Below are positions 1 through 10,541 of a stretch of DNA of 64,000 nucleotides, one piece after another; within the stretch, counting starts at the first letter, position 1; every line of letters begins with the position of its first letter. This DNA comes from an uncultured Flavobacteriaceae bacterium (GTDB lineage Bacteria; Bacteroidota; Bacteroidia; Flavobacteriales; Flavobacteriaceae). Under the pieces are notes generated by a model. That model was not told the origin of the DNA, did not search any database, and worked only from the letters and a program-made list of their open reading frames with translations. The stretch lies in assembly GCA_947488345.1 (NCBI GenBank), contig CANKZQ010000001.1:660518-724517 (forward strand), given 5' to 3'. The translations under genes were made by a program, and so were the position numbers.

Positions 1-582
1 TTGCATTATGTATCGTTACTTCTTGTTGTATACTTCGGATATCTTCTATATGTAACCAATAAAACGACCGCTGTTTTTGAAATTTTTCAGCGTCCATTAT
101 TTGTTTGGATAGCTGCCTTTTTTATCATTTGCATTTGTACTATCGAAGTTTCTTTACATGGCTTAGTATTAATGACAGAGCCTTTGACTGTTGAGCAAAT
201 TCAATCGCATGATTACTATCTATCTCATCAAGGAGATGTCGAAGCGCTTCGTCCGATCATATCATATGATATGATCAATACTGCTTCCCAAAAAATAATC
301 AAAACAAGTTACCCCGTACTTTGGGGTATCCTGGCCTTTATTTTCCTAATTATTGGTATAAAAAAACAACTAAAAACAATTCGAATAATTGCATTGGTAT
401 TGTTGGGTATTACAATTGTAAAACTCTTTTTATTCGATATTAGTAATGCCTCAGAAACCGGTAAAATTATCGCATTTATCTTATTAGGAGCTTTAATTTT
501 GACCATTTCATTTGTATATCAAAAGATCAAAGTATTAGTTATTGACGATTCAAAAACAGCTCAAGAAAATGAAACAGATTAG
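1..582 (+). CDS. DUF2339-like multi-pass membrane protein, C-terminal part (probably truncated by window edge)
   Basis: Hydrophobic helices; C-terminal 'R..AL.LLGITIVKLFL.DI.......KIIAFILLG.L.L..SF.YQK' pattern typical of DUF2339. Confidence 0.75.
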   Translation: MHYVSLLLVVYFGYLLYVTNKTTAVFEIFQRPLFVWIAAFFIICICTIEVSLHGLVLMTEPLTVEQIQSHDYYLSHQGDVEALRPIISYDMINTASQKIIKTSYPVLWGILAFIFLIIGIKKQLKTIRIIALVLLGITIVKLFLFDISNASETGKIIAFILLGALILTISFVYQKIKVLVIDDSKTAQENETD

Positions 583-1792
583 TTTTTTATTGCTATTCGC
601 TTTTGTTAATATGACAATGGCGCAACACCGAACGCATGCCAAATTAGCTGCTATCGACCAAGATGGATTACACGAAATAAAGATTCCTCACACAATTCGT
701 TCTTTCTCGAATACTGATTTAAGTGATTTCAGAATTTTTGATAGTAAGCAAGAGGAAGTGCCCTATTTTATTCGCAGAAAGCGTAGCTACACGGCAACAA
801 ATGAATTTATAGCTTTCAAAATAAACTCAAAAACAATGGTTAAAGATTCCAGTTCGACCATCATTTTTGAGAATCCTTATGAGCGCATTAACAAATTTGT
901 TATTTCGCTAGCCAATTATGATGGGGCGAAGACATTTAAACTTTCGGGAAGCGATAATTTAAGCGAATGGTTCGGTTTAGACAACCAACAAACCATATCA
1001 AATCTTCAAAATACTTCAAAAACAACTATTGATAAAACGGTGTCATTCCCCTTAAGTTCGTATCGTTATTTAAAAATAGAATTCAATGATCGAAATTCGT
1101 TACCTATAAACGTATTGAAAATAGGGAGCTCATCGAGTGTGATTGAGAGCCAAGAGCTCAATGACATCTCAATACAATCGATGAAAATATCTGAGCTTTC
1201 AGAGCAACAGAAAACTCAGATTCACATTATTTTTAAAAACAAAGAATATCTCGACTTTATCAATTTTAAAATAACCGAACCTCAGCGCTATAAGCGTCAA
1301 GTACATATATATAAAAATGCTCTGAGAACTGTAAAAAAGCAAGAAGAAAGCTATCAACAAACTTTGGCTCGGTTTGAACTGAACTCTACTAATGACAACA
1401 CCTTTGAACTGAACGAATTATTTGAAAATGAACTGTTTATTGAAATAGAAAATGCAGATAATCCTATGCTAGAAGTAAGTGATTTATTCTTTCTTCAAAA
1501 GCCCATATATGTCATTGCTGATCTTAAAAAGAAGGAGCGTTATGAAATAAAAACGGAAGATAAAAACTTAAAAGCTCCTCGATATGACCTTAGTTTCTTT
1601 GAGTCTACTATTGCTGATAACCTTCCGAAAACGGCAATCATTGGTATGACAAGAGATGTCGTTGCTCAAAAAGAAGACACTCCTCTTTCTTTATGGCAAC
1701 AACCTTGGTTTATGTGGGTGTGCATTTCGATTGCTGCTATTGCCATTTTGTACTTTACATCAGGTTTGATCAAAGACCTTAAAAAAAAATAA
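569..1792 (+). CDS. Secreted protein with C-terminal membrane anchor, DUF3999-like partner of DUF2339
   Basis: ATG 569 overlaps upstream stop; signal peptide MKQISFLLLFAFVNMTMAQ; 'SDLRIFD...EVPY' and 'APRYDL' motifs; C-terminal TM helix. Confidence 0.6.
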   Translation: MKQISFLLLFAFVNMTMAQHRTHAKLAAIDQDGLHEIKIPHTIRSFSNTDLSDFRIFDSKQEEVPYFIRRKRSYTATNEFIAFKINSKTMVKDSSSTIIFENPYERINKFVISLANYDGAKTFKLSGSDNLSEWFGLDNQQTISNLQNTSKTTIDKTVSFPLSSYRYLKIEFNDRNSLPINVLKIGSSSSVIESQELNDISIQSMKISELSEQQKTQIHIIFKNKEYLDFINFKITEPQRYKRQVHIYKNALRTVKKQEESYQQTLARFELNSTNDNTFELNELFENELFIEIENADNPMLEVSDLFFLQKPIYVIADLKKKERYEIKTEDKNLKAPRYDLSFFESTIADNLPKTAIIGMTRDVVAQKEDTPLSLWQQPWFMWVCISIAAIAILYFTSGLIKDLKKK

Positions 1793-1796
1793 ACTG

Positions 1797-2231
1797 TTAT
1801 GCCATTTTAGTGATAAAATTATTGTTCACCCCTAAACTAAAACCAAAACGCGTTTCACTTTCACTACCTAATCTATGAATAGCAACTCTGCCTAAAGAAA
1901 TTTTGCTAAACTCTTTGTTTGTAATATTTTTCGAGTTAAAAAATAAGCCTCCTGTGAATTGTTGCTTCGTATTATACTCACTTTTGATCTTGTTATTCTG
2001 ATAAAAATTAACCGATAAGATCTCTTCAGCATTGTTGTAAGCGCATATAATACCTAGTGCATCCCAAAACATATAATTCTTACTTTGTTGCAATTCACGA
2101 CTTGGTTTTCCAAAAGTTTCAACAAGTGTTTGATAATTCGTTGGAAACTTTAATGTACTTCCATCGATTAAAACTTCATCCGTAAGGCAATTGATAACAA
2201 TATACTTTTTCTTTGAAAAAAACTTAAACAT
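1797..2231 (-). CDS. Hypothetical protein
   Basis: ORF; likely start MFKFFSKK at 2231 because the longer ORF-track start lies in the dnaK terminator. Confidence 0.65.
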   Translation of the reverse strand: MFKFFSKKKYIVINCLTDEVLIDGSTLKFPTNYQTLVETFGKPSRELQQSKNYMFWDALGIICAYNNAEEILSVNFYQNNKIKSEYNTKQQFTGGLFFNSKNITNKEFSKISLGRVAIHRLGSESETRFGFSLGVNNNFITKMA

Positions 2232-2295
2232 ACTTTTACTATTTAAAGTAAAATTAGTGCCCATTTCTGAAGTATTTCTAAAGAAATGAATTTCA

Positions 2296-2339
2296 AATAA
2301 AAACCCACTCATCACTAAAAATTTAGTGTTGAGTGGGTT
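2296..2339 (-). terminator. Intrinsic terminator of dnaK
   Basis: Stem AACCCACTCA(2302-2311)/TGAGTGGGTT(2330-2339) with inner CACTAAA/TTTAGTG stem; U-tract on minus strand. Confidence 0.8.
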
Positions 2340-2361
2340 CAAAAAAAGGGAAATCTTTATA

Positions 2362-4272
2362 TTATTCTTCCTTTACTTCTTCGAAGTCTACATCTTGTAC
2401 ATCATCACCTTCTGCAGCACCCTGAGCTCCAGCGTCAGCTCCAGGAGCTGCACCAGCACCTTGTGCTTCTTGTTGTGCTTTATACATTTCTTCAGATGCT
2501 ACTTTCCAAGCTTCATTGATCTTTTCCATTGCGGCATCAATTTGCGCTAGGTCTTTAGATTCATGTGCAGCTTTTAATTCTGTCAATGCAGCTTCAATTG
2601 GCTCTTTTTTATCGGCTGATAACTTATCCCCGAACTCACTTAGTTGTTTTTCTGTTTGGAAAATCATACCGTCAGCTCCATTGATCTTATCAGCAGTTTC
2701 TTTCGCAGCTTTATCCGCTTCAGCGTTTGCTTCTGCGTCAGCTTTCATTTTTTGAATTTCTTCATCTGTTAAACCAGAAGAAGCTTCAATACGAATGTTA
2801 TGCTCTTTTCCAGTACCCTTATCTTTTGCAGATACATTGATAATACCATTAGCATCAATATCAAATGTCACTTCAATTTGAGGTACACCTCTTTGTGCTG
2901 GTGGAATTCCATCTAAATGAAAACGACCAATTGTTTTATTATCGGCAGCCATCGCACGCTCTCCTTGCAATACATGAATTTCTACAGATGGTTGGTTATC
3001 AGCAGCTGTTGAGAATACTTGTGATTTCTTCGTTGGAATCGTCGTATTTGCTTCAATCAATTTTGTCATTACATTACCCATTGTCTCAATACCTAAGGCT
3101 AACGGCGTTACATCTAATAACAATACATCTTTTACATCTCCAGTCAATACTCCACCTTGAATTGCAGCACCAACGGCAACTACTTCATCAGGATTCACTC
3201 CTTTATGCGGATCTTTTCCAAAAAACTTCTTTACTTCTTCTTGAATTCTCGGAATTCTTGTAGAACCACCTACTAAAATAACCTCGTCAATTTCAGCTGT
3301 AGATAAATCGGCATCTTTCAATGCTTTTGCTACAGGTGTCATTGAACGCTTTACTAAATTATCGGCTAATTTTTCGAAAGCAGCTCTTGTCAATGATCTT
3401 ACTAAGTGCTTTGGTCCACTAGCAGTAGCCGTAACATATGGTAAGTTTATCTCTGTTTGCGTAGAAGATGATAATTCAATCTTCGCTTTTTCAGCAGCTT
3501 CTTTTAAACGTTGCAAAGCCATCGGGTCTTTACGCAGGTCCATGTTTTCATCTTTCTCAAACTCTTCTGCTAACCAATCGATAATTACTTGGTCGAAATC
3601 ATCACCACCTAAGTGCGTATCACCATTTGTTGATAATACTTCAAATACACCATCACCAATTTCTAAGATAGAGATATCAAATGTACCACCACCTAAATCA
3701 TACACTGCTATTTTCTTATCAGCTCCCGACTTATCCAAACCATATGCCAATGCAGCAGCAGTAGGTTCATTGATAATACGACTTACTTTTAAACCAGCAA
3801 TTTCACCAGCTTCTTTTGTCGCCTGACGTTGTGCATCATTAAAGTATGCAGGCACTGTCACTACAGCTTCAGTTACAGTTGTACCTAAATAGTCTTCAGC
3901 CGTTTTTTTCATTTTTTGTAACACCATTGCAGAAATTTCTTGCGGTGTATACATTCTTCCATCTATGTCAACTCTTGGTGTGTCGTTATCTCCTTTTACC
4001 ACTTTATAAGGTACACGCTCTGCTTCTTTTTTAGATTCAGAGTATTTATTACCCATAAAACGTTTGATAGAATACACCGTTTTGGTAGGATTAGTTACGG
4101 CCTGACGTTTTGCAGGGTCACCAACTTTACGCTCACCACCTTCAACAAAAGCAACAATAGAAGGGGTTGTTCTTTTACCTTCAGCATTTGGGATTACAAC
4201 AGGCTCGTTTCCTTCCATTACAGAAACACATGAGTTGGTTGTTCCTAAATCTATTCCTATTATTTTACTCAT
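2362..4272 (-). CDS. dnaK: Chaperone DnaK (Hsp70)
   Basis: [47 protein letters not shown] motifs. Confidence 0.99.
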   Translation of the reverse strand: MSKIIGIDLGTTNSCVSVMEGNEPVVIPNAEGKRTTPSIVAFVEGGERKVGDPAKRQAVTNPTKTVYSIKRFMGNKYSESKKEAERVPYKVVKGDNDTPRVDIDGRMYTPQEISAMVLQKMKKTAEDYLGTTVTEAVVTVPAYFNDAQRQATKEAGEIAGLKVSRIINEPTAAALAYGLDKSGADKKIAVYDLGGGTFDISILEIGDGVFEVLSTNGDTHLGGDDFDQVIIDWLAEEFEKDENMDLRKDPMALQRLKEAAEKAKIELSSSTQTEINLPYVTATASGPKHLVRSLTRAAFEKLADNLVKRSMTPVAKALKDADLSTAEIDEVILVGGSTRIPRIQEEVKKFFGKDPHKGVNPDEVVAVGAAIQGGVLTGDVKDVLLLDVTPLALGIETMGNVMTKLIEANTTIPTKKSQVFSTAADNQPSVEIHVLQGERAMAADNKTIGRFHLDGIPPAQRGVPQIEVTFDIDANGIINVSAKDKGTGKEHNIRIEASSGLTDEEIQKMKADAEANAEADKAAKETADKINGADGMIFQTEKQLSEFGDKLSADKKEPIEAALTELKAAHESKDLAQIDAAMEKINEAWKVASEEMYKAQQEAQGAGAAPGADAGAQGAAEGDDVQDVDFEEVKEE

Positions 4273-4321
4273 AATATATAGTTAATTTAATTTTTGTTTG
4301 TTTTTATTACACTCTCAAATA

Positions 4322-4394
4322 GTCAATCATTATGCCATTGCTATTTTTTTTGTGTTTTGACAGAAAAATTCACTAAATAATGACATAGTGGCAG
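4322..4394 (-). promoter_or_regulatory. Putative sigma54-like -24/-12 promoter (TGGCAT-N5-TTGA) plus upstream TGACA boxes for dnaK
   Basis: Minus strand 4337-4322 reads TGGCATAATGATTGAC; TGACA at 4358 and TGACATAGTGGCAG at 4381. Confidence 0.45.
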
Positions 4395-4531
4395 AAAAAA
4401 CGGATACATCTACATCTATTGAGACAGCATATAGCTATTTTAATCGGCAGAAAAACGGGTTGTTTTACAAAAATTTGATTCTTATTTTAATTTCGGCTAA
4501 CTTCGTAAGAACCAATTTTAAATTCATCATA

Positions 4532-5131
4532 ATGACTTCAAGAGTAAACTACGTTTCTATAATTTTCATAAGTCTGATTTTCATTACAACGCTCTCTTGT
4601 TCTAAAGAAAAAACCTACGATATTGGGCAGATCATCACGCCTAAAGGCGAAATTTTAGTTTGGTTACATGATGAAACACCGAAGCATAAGGCCAGTTTTA
4701 TAGAACTCGCGAATAAGGGTTATTGGGATTCGTTAACTTTTAATAGAGTCATTCCTGATTTTGTAGCACAAGGTGGCTGCCCCGATACTCCAGAAGGTTT
4801 TAACGATCCTGAATATTTGTTAGCACCTGAGTTCAATGACAATTTACTTCATGAATATGGCGCCTTAGGAGCTGGAAGAGATGGTAATAAAGAAAAATTA
4901 TCAGCTAGATGTCAGTTTTATATTGTCCAAAATAAAGAAGGACTACATCGTCTAGATGGTGATTATACCGTGTTTGGAAAAGTTATAATGGGTATGGATA
5001 TTATAGACACCATAGTGAAGGTAGATCGCGATTCTTTGGATGCTCCAATGACTCCAATTTCATTAGACGTGAATATGATTTCAATGACAGCGACAGAACT
5101 ACAAAAATTATATCCTCTACCCCAGGAATAG
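4532..5131 (+). CDS. Cyclophilin-type peptidyl-prolyl cis-trans isomerase, lipoprotein
   Basis: FNRVIPDFVAQGG, QFYIV, LDGDYTVFGKVI motifs; lipobox LSC; ATG 4532 preferred over GTG 4388. Confidence 0.9.
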   Translation: MTSRVNYVSIIFISLIFITTLSCSKEKTYDIGQIITPKGEILVWLHDETPKHKASFIELANKGYWDSLTFNRVIPDFVAQGGCPDTPEGFNDPEYLLAPEFNDNLLHEYGALGAGRDGNKEKLSARCQFYIVQNKEGLHRLDGDYTVFGKVIMGMDIIDTIVKVDRDSLDAPMTPISLDVNMISMTATELQKLYPLPQE

Positions 5132-5217
5132 AATCTAAAAATAGCGCAAAAAAAATTACAATTCAATACATTGACAGGTAGTAAGGATTACTTACATTAG
5201 CCAAAATTTCGTACGTA

Positions 5218-6639
5218 ATGGAAAGCATTAGTATTTTCGACATGTTAAAAATTGGTATTGGCCCATCAAGCTCCCACACACTCGGCCCTTGGCGAGCTGC
5301 AGAAAGATGGATTGCCAAATTAAAAGCTAATAATGAATTTGATGATATTACACATATTGCTGTCGATTTATATGGTTCTTTGTCCTTAACGGGAAAAGGA
5401 CATGCAACCGATCTAGCGGTTATACTAGGCTTGTCTGGAGCCGATCCTGAAACAGTGCCCGTAACATCTATAGATACCACTGTTGCTCACGTTAAAAAAA
5501 CTCAAACGCTACTTCTCAACAACGAAAAAGAATTAACCTTTGATATTGATAAACATATAAAATTTAATAGAGATTTTTTGCCTTTTCATGCCAATGGCAT
5601 GACATTTACCGCAACCATTGGTGCTAAAAAAATAGCAGACACCTACTACTCTATCGGTGGTGGTTTTGTTGTAAAAGAAGAACGAAAAAATGCTAAAAAA
5701 AACATCGCAGTTTTTAATACTTTTCCATACCCAATTCAAAAAAGTGCTGAACTCTTAGATTTTTGTCATCAACTCAATAAGCCTATTTCTGGGGTTGTAT
5801 TAGAAAATGAGAAGTCTTTACGAAAGGAGGACAAAATAGATGCCGAAATTCAACGTGTTTGGGCAACTATGTTAGAATGTATGTATATAGGTTGCCATAC
5901 TGAAGGAAATCTTCCTGGCGGATTGAATGTTCGAAGAAGAGCTTATGACATTCATCAAAAATTAAAAGGAGATTTACCTTATAACTCACCGACTACTTGG
6001 CTACATACGATCCGAAAAACAGAGGTGAAATTTCGCCAGATATTGAAATGGGTGAGTTGCTTTGCTTTAAGTGTTAATGAAGTAAATGCATCTCTGGGGC
6101 GCGTAGTCACTGCTCCTACAAATGGAAGTGCAGGTGTCATTCCTGCCGTATTGATGTATTATATGGTTATTGAAAATCACAATGCCGACTTCAAACATAT
6201 AAAGCAATTTTTATTAGTTGCTGGAGAAATTGGTAGTATCTTCAAAAAAGGAGCGACTATTTCAGCAGCGATGGGAGGATGTCAAGCAGAAATTGGCGTA
6301 TCTTCCGCCATGGCCGCTGCCGCTTTATGTGAACTATTAGGAGGCACACCTGAACAAGTCATGATCGCCGCAGAAATTGCGATGGAACATCATCTCGGAC
6401 TCACATGTGATCCTATTGGTGGATTGGTACAAATACCATGTATCGAACGCAATTCTATGGGAGCTATCAAAGCGATTCATGCTGCTGAACTGGCACTAGA
6501 TACTGATCCGAAAAATGTAAAAGTACCCTTAGATAAAGTTGTAGATACCATGTGGAAAACCGCTAAAGACATGCATGCCAAATATAAAGAAACATCAGAA
6601 GGCGGCTTGGCTGTTACTGTGGGGTTGTCGGATTGTTAA
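5218..6639 (+). CDS. sdaA: L-serine ammonia-lyase (Fe-S, fused alpha/beta)
   Basis: [61 protein letters not shown]. Confidence 0.97.
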   Translation: MESISIFDMLKIGIGPSSSHTLGPWRAAERWIAKLKANNEFDDITHIAVDLYGSLSLTGKGHATDLAVILGLSGADPETVPVTSIDTTVAHVKKTQTLLLNNEKELTFDIDKHIKFNRDFLPFHANGMTFTATIGAKKIADTYYSIGGGFVVKEERKNAKKNIAVFNTFPYPIQKSAELLDFCHQLNKPISGVVLENEKSLRKEDKIDAEIQRVWATMLECMYIGCHTEGNLPGGLNVRRRAYDIHQKLKGDLPYNSPTTWLHTIRKTEVKFRQILKWVSCFALSVNEVNASLGRVVTAPTNGSAGVIPAVLMYYMVIENHNADFKHIKQFLLVAGEIGSIFKKGATISAAMGGCQAEIGVSSAMAAAALCELLGGTPEQVMIAAEIAMEHHLGLTCDPIGGLVQIPCIERNSMGAIKAIHAAELALDTDPKNVKVPLDKVVDTMWKTAKDMHAKYKETSEGGLAVTVGLSDC

Positions 6640-6653
6640 CGCGTCCATATCGA

Positions 6654-6741
6654 GTGTCACCTTGAGCGGAGTCGAAAGGTCAATTTAAGAAAAATAATTT
6701 TATGCATTAACTCTGGATTCCTGCTTTTGCAGGAATGACAC
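6654..6741. repeat. Composite of two REP-like palindromic units (TGTC-tagged) in opposite orientation
   Basis: TGTCACCTTGAGCGGAGTCGAAAGG (6655-6679) and CTGGATTCCTGCTTTTGCAGGAATGACA (6713-6740, ATTCCTGC/GCAGGAAT stem); bounded by GTGTCA/TGACAC. Confidence 0.6.
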
Positions 6742-6742
6742 A

Positions 6743-7384
6743 TCATTTTATCTCAATCTTCTCACCTAAAAATTTAGGCTGAACGTTGAAAAGGATATCC
6801 ACAAATACTTTTGTTCTCGCCAAATATTCTCGCAATTGAACTTTTAGTCCATACCTTCCTGAAACATTTTTAGCATTGAATCCAACAGCATTGATATCGA
6901 AGTTTTCTGCCAAATAAATAGCTCGTTCATTGTGAAATTCTTGTGAAATAATAGTCACACTGTCTTGTCCGAAAATTTCCTTTACTCTCACTACAGAATC
7001 TAAAGTTCTAAAACCTGCATAATCTAAAAAAATCTTATCCTCAGGAATTCCAGCAGCCACCAAATCATTTTTAAAATCAGTCGGTTCGTCGTAGCTCGAA
7101 GTGCTATTGTCTCCACTCACAATAATATACCTAATTTTTCCTGCTGTATATAAAGAAACTGTCGCTTTTATTCTATATGTATAATATAAATTTATTTGTC
7201 CGTTTTGAAGTCGCTTCACAGTTCCGAGAACCAATCCTACCTTATTTTTAGGTGTAGATTCAACTGTTTCAAACACTTTATTCTTTGCGTTTTTTTCAAT
7301 AGCATAATTAGACAGTACAATAACTAAGAAGAGTATACCGGCTAAAAGGAGTGCAATCTTAATACTTTTCTTTAACCGCCTCAT
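6743..7384 (-). CDS. sanA: SanA/YdcF (DUF218) family protein
   Basis: LVLGT, IIVSGDN...YDEP, DYAGFRTLDS, ISQEFHNERA, REYLAR motifs. Confidence 0.88.
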   Translation of the reverse strand: MRRLKKSIKIALLLAGILFLVIVLSNYAIEKNAKNKVFETVESTPKNKVGLVLGTVKRLQNGQINLYYTYRIKATVSLYTAGKIRYIIVSGDNSTSSYDEPTDFKNDLVAAGIPEDKIFLDYAGFRTLDSVVRVKEIFGQDSVTIISQEFHNERAIYLAENFDINAVGFNAKNVSGRYGLKVQLREYLARTKVFVDILFNVQPKFLGEKIEIK

Positions 7385-8143
7385 CTACCGTGTAAAAACA
7401 AGTTCTGTTTCGGTAGACATATTTGCATCAAAACCGTACCCTTCGGTGTTAAAGCCTTTCAATCCTTCAACTGTTTCAATATCATTATCAATGATATAAC
7501 GTAACATATATCCTCTTGCTAACTTCGCGAAGGTCATAATCGTTTTATATTCACCATTCTTAAAGTCTTTAAAAACAGGTGTGATCATGGGTGTTTTTAA
7601 TAGTTTAGGTTTGATCACTTTGAAATACTCTTTACTGGCTAAATTAATTAAAGGCTCACCATCTACTAACTCATTATTTAGGGCATTCGTAATCGTAGTA
7701 TCCCAAAATTGATACAGATTGTCTTTTCTTCCAATTTTTAACTTCGTCCCCATTTCAAGACGATAGGCTTGCATTAAATCCAAAGGTTTTAATAAGCCAT
7801 ATTGCCCAGAGAGTATGCGTAACTTATCTTGTAATTGATCTAACTTACTTGCCGGGAGTGAATCGACATCAAATCCACGAAACACATCACCTCGAAACGC
7901 ATAAATAGCTTGTTTTGAATTCTCGAGTGTGAACGGCACATTCCAGTCCTGATTTCGTTGAAAATTCAATTGCCCAAGTGCATCCGAAACACTCATTAAT
8001 TTTGAGATTTGTTTCGCACTTTTCTTTTTAAGAACTCCATTCAATTTTTGTGCCTGCTCTAAAAAAACAGGTTGTGTAAACTCAGAGGTTGCGGCTTTCG
8101 TTTCAAATTCTAAAGATTTCGCGGGAGAGAGTATTATTTTCAT
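7385..8143 (-). CDS. yaaA: Peroxide stress protein YaaA
   Basis: ILSPAKSL, ILSGQYGLLKPLDLMQAYRLEMGT, INLASKEY, AKLARG. Confidence 0.95.
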   Translation of the reverse strand: MKIILSPAKSLEFETKAATSEFTQPVFLEQAQKLNGVLKKKSAKQISKLMSVSDALGQLNFQRNQDWNVPFTLENSKQAIYAFRGDVFRGFDVDSLPASKLDQLQDKLRILSGQYGLLKPLDLMQAYRLEMGTKLKIGRKDNLYQFWDTTITNALNNELVDGEPLINLASKEYFKVIKPKLLKTPMITPVFKDFKNGEYKTIMTFAKLARGYMLRYIIDNDIETVEGLKGFNTEGYGFDANMSTETELVFTR

Positions 8144-8281
8144 GTGATCATATTTTTACAGCATAAAAGTACAATTCAAAACAGGAAACATCAAATTTTT
8201 ATTACTTTTAAAATCTATATCGGTATCAATCAAATTGATGTACGAAATTCGTATCAAAAAATTATGTTTTTCTAGATTCTT

Positions 8282-10540
8282 ATGCATGAACTTTTAAAAA
8301 TAGAATTCGGTTTTCATCAATGCGATATCAAAAGAATTGATGGTTATGACAACGCTAATTATATCATTACAAATGAGTCTAGCCAATCTATTTTTAAAAC
8401 CTACCCTCATGACAACGAGTTACTCGCCATTTTAAAAGCCGAAAATGAAGTGCTGCAGTCTCTAAGTTCTGACGACCGAAATAGATTTCCAATGCCCATA
8501 CCTTTTCTTTCTGGTAACTTCATAAAAGTCTTACCCATTGAAGGAAAAACGATGATTTGTCGTATGTTATCTTTCCTTGACGGAAAATTTTTAGGGGACT
8601 GTCAACCCTCAAAGAAGCTCTTTCAGTCATTTGGCACTTTCATCGCCGAACTCAACCTTAAACTCCAACATTTTAATAGCTATACCCTCAAAGCAAGACA
8701 ATGGGAATGGGATCTTCAATACTTTCAGCAAAACAAAAAATATATCGACGATATCTCGTTGCCGCATAACAGAAGTATTGTGCATTATTTTTTCAAGCAG
8801 TATGAACAACATGTACTTCCTGTTTTATCACAATTAAGAAAACAAGTAATTCACAATGATGCGAATGAATGGAATGTTTTAGTTAAGAATGAAAAAGTCT
8901 CAGGTATCATTGACTTTGGTGATTTGGCATACTCTCATTTAATTAATGAAGTTGCCATTGCCATCACTTATGCTTGCTATGACAAAAATGACCCTTTGAA
9001 ATGGGCTGTGACAATCTTAAAATCATATCACAGCAAAATACCTCTCGAGGCCTTAGAAATCAAGGTTTTGTATTACCTCATTGCGGCGAGATTATGTACA
9101 AGTGTTTGTAATTCGGCGCACTCTAAAAAAACAGATCCAACAAATACTTATGCTACTTCAAGTGAAGAAAACGCTTGGCAGATGCTCCATAAATGGCTTC
9201 GCATTAATCCCATTAAATTTGAAAATGTATGCCTAGAAACTCTTGGTTTATCTGCTGCTAAACATGCAACAATTTCTGAAAAAGTAAATGACAGACATGC
9301 ACACATCAGTAAGATTCTTTCACTAAGTTATGCATCACCTATCGCCATGCATAAATCGGCGTTTCAATATATGTATGACAGTTATGGAAACACTTTTTTA
9401 GACGCCTATAATAATATCCCGCATGTGGGGCATTCACATCCTACAGTGGTTACTGCGGCCCAGCAACAAATGAATCAATTAAATACCAATACTCGGTATC
9501 TGTACGATGTTCTACCCACTTATGCCGCAAAGTTACTGTCAAAATTCCCCAGTACACTCAACAAAGTATTCTTTGTGAATTCAGGAAGTGCAGCTAGTGA
9601 TTTAGCCATACGCTTAGCGCGTGCTCATACACAACGTCATCATATTATGACTATGGAACATGGCTATCATGGTAATACTCAACTATCTATAGATATTAGC
9701 GATTATAAATTTAACAATCCGAAAGGCCAAGGACAAAAAGAATGGGTTTTAAAAACTCCGATTCCTGACACCTACAATGGAAAATACAAAGAGCGTAATG
9801 CTGGTGACCTGTATTCGAAAGAGGCCATAACCCAAATAGAAAATTCTCAAGAACCTATCGCAGCTTTTATAGCTGAACCTATTGTTGGTTGTGGTGGCCA
9901 AGTTCCGTTAGCCTCTGGGTATCTGAAAAAGATATATCGGGCAATAAGAAAACAAGGTGGTGTTTGTATCAGTGATGAAGTTCAAACTGGCTTTGGTCGC
10001 TTAGGAGATCACTTTTGGGGTTTTGAAGCGCAAAATGTGACGCCAGATATTGTTATTGTAGGAAAGCCGATGGGCAATGGTCACCCTATGGGAGCTGTGG
10101 TGACCACACAAGAAATAGCTGAATCGTTTAGTAAAGGTGTTGAATTTTTTAGTTCTTTTGGCGGAAATCCTGTTTCTTGTGTTACAGGATTGGCCGTACT
10201 GGAAGTTATAGAAAATGAGAAATTGCAAGAAAATGCCAAAATCGTTGGTGATCATTATAAAGTACTCTTTAAAGCACTTCAAAAAAAGTACAATTGTATA
10301 GGTGATGTGCGTGGAAGTGGGCTCTTTCTAGGTATTGAAATAGTGAATAAAACAACCGGGCAACCTGATCAAGAGTTGGCACATTATATTAAAAATCAAT
10401 TACGACAAAACTATATTTTGATAAGCACCGATGGGCCTTACGACAATGTTCTTAAAACAAAACCTCCACTTTGTTTTACAAAAGAGAATGCAAAGGAAGT
10501 CATCGAGGCCATTGATGATATATTAAGAAATCAGGAATAA
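8282..10540 (+). CDS. Fusion of APH/hydroxylysine-kinase-like phosphotransferase and class-III PLP enzyme (AGXT2L/phospho-lyase-like)
   Basis: N-term [12 protein letters not shown] and IIDFGD kinase motifs; C-term [27 protein letters not shown]. Confidence 0.85.
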   Translation: MHELLKIEFGFHQCDIKRIDGYDNANYIITNESSQSIFKTYPHDNELLAILKAENEVLQSLSSDDRNRFPMPIPFLSGNFIKVLPIEGKTMICRMLSFLDGKFLGDCQPSKKLFQSFGTFIAELNLKLQHFNSYTLKARQWEWDLQYFQQNKKYIDDISLPHNRSIVHYFFKQYEQHVLPVLSQLRKQVIHNDANEWNVLVKNEKVSGIIDFGDLAYSHLINEVAIAITYACYDKNDPLKWAVTILKSYHSKIPLEALEIKVLYYLIAARLCTSVCNSAHSKKTDPTNTYATSSEENAWQMLHKWLRINPIKFENVCLETLGLSAAKHATISEKVNDRHAHISKILSLSYASPIAMHKSAFQYMYDSYGNTFLDAYNNIPHVGHSHPTVVTAAQQQMNQLNTNTRYLYDVLPTYAAKLLSKFPSTLNKVFFVNSGSAASDLAIRLARAHTQRHHIMTMEHGYHGNTQLSIDISDYKFNNPKGQGQKEWVLKTPIPDTYNGKYKERNAGDLYSKEAITQIENSQEPIAAFIAEPIVGCGGQVPLASGYLKKIYRAIRKQGGVCISDEVQTGFGRLGDHFWGFEAQNVTPDIVIVGKPMGNGHPMGAVVTTQEIAESFSKGVEFFSSFGGNPVSCVTGLAVLEVIENEKLQENAKIVGDHYKVLFKALQKKYNCIGDVRGSGLFLGIEIVNKTTGQPDQELAHYIKNQLRQNYILISTDGPYDNVLKTKPPLCFTKENAKEVIEAIDDILRNQE

Positions 10541-10541
10541 T

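Noticed and set aside
2232-2342. N-terminal extension of the 1797-2342 ORF, and similar extensions at 542, 16133, 27501, 55147 and 57373
   Set aside because: They run through terminators, neighbouring genes or recombination-site arms; downstream ATGs give family-typical N-termini.
2326-4233. Several + strand ORFs antisense to dnaK, and comparable short antisense ORFs inside sulP, ftsH, valS, lipA, ribB and others
   Set aside because: Shadow ORFs of strongly conserved genes with no recognisable motifs or independent promoters.
4388-4531. 48-codon N-terminal extension of the PPIase
   Set aside because: It spans the dnaK/PPIase regulatory region; ATG 4532 gives a proper lipoprotein signal peptide.
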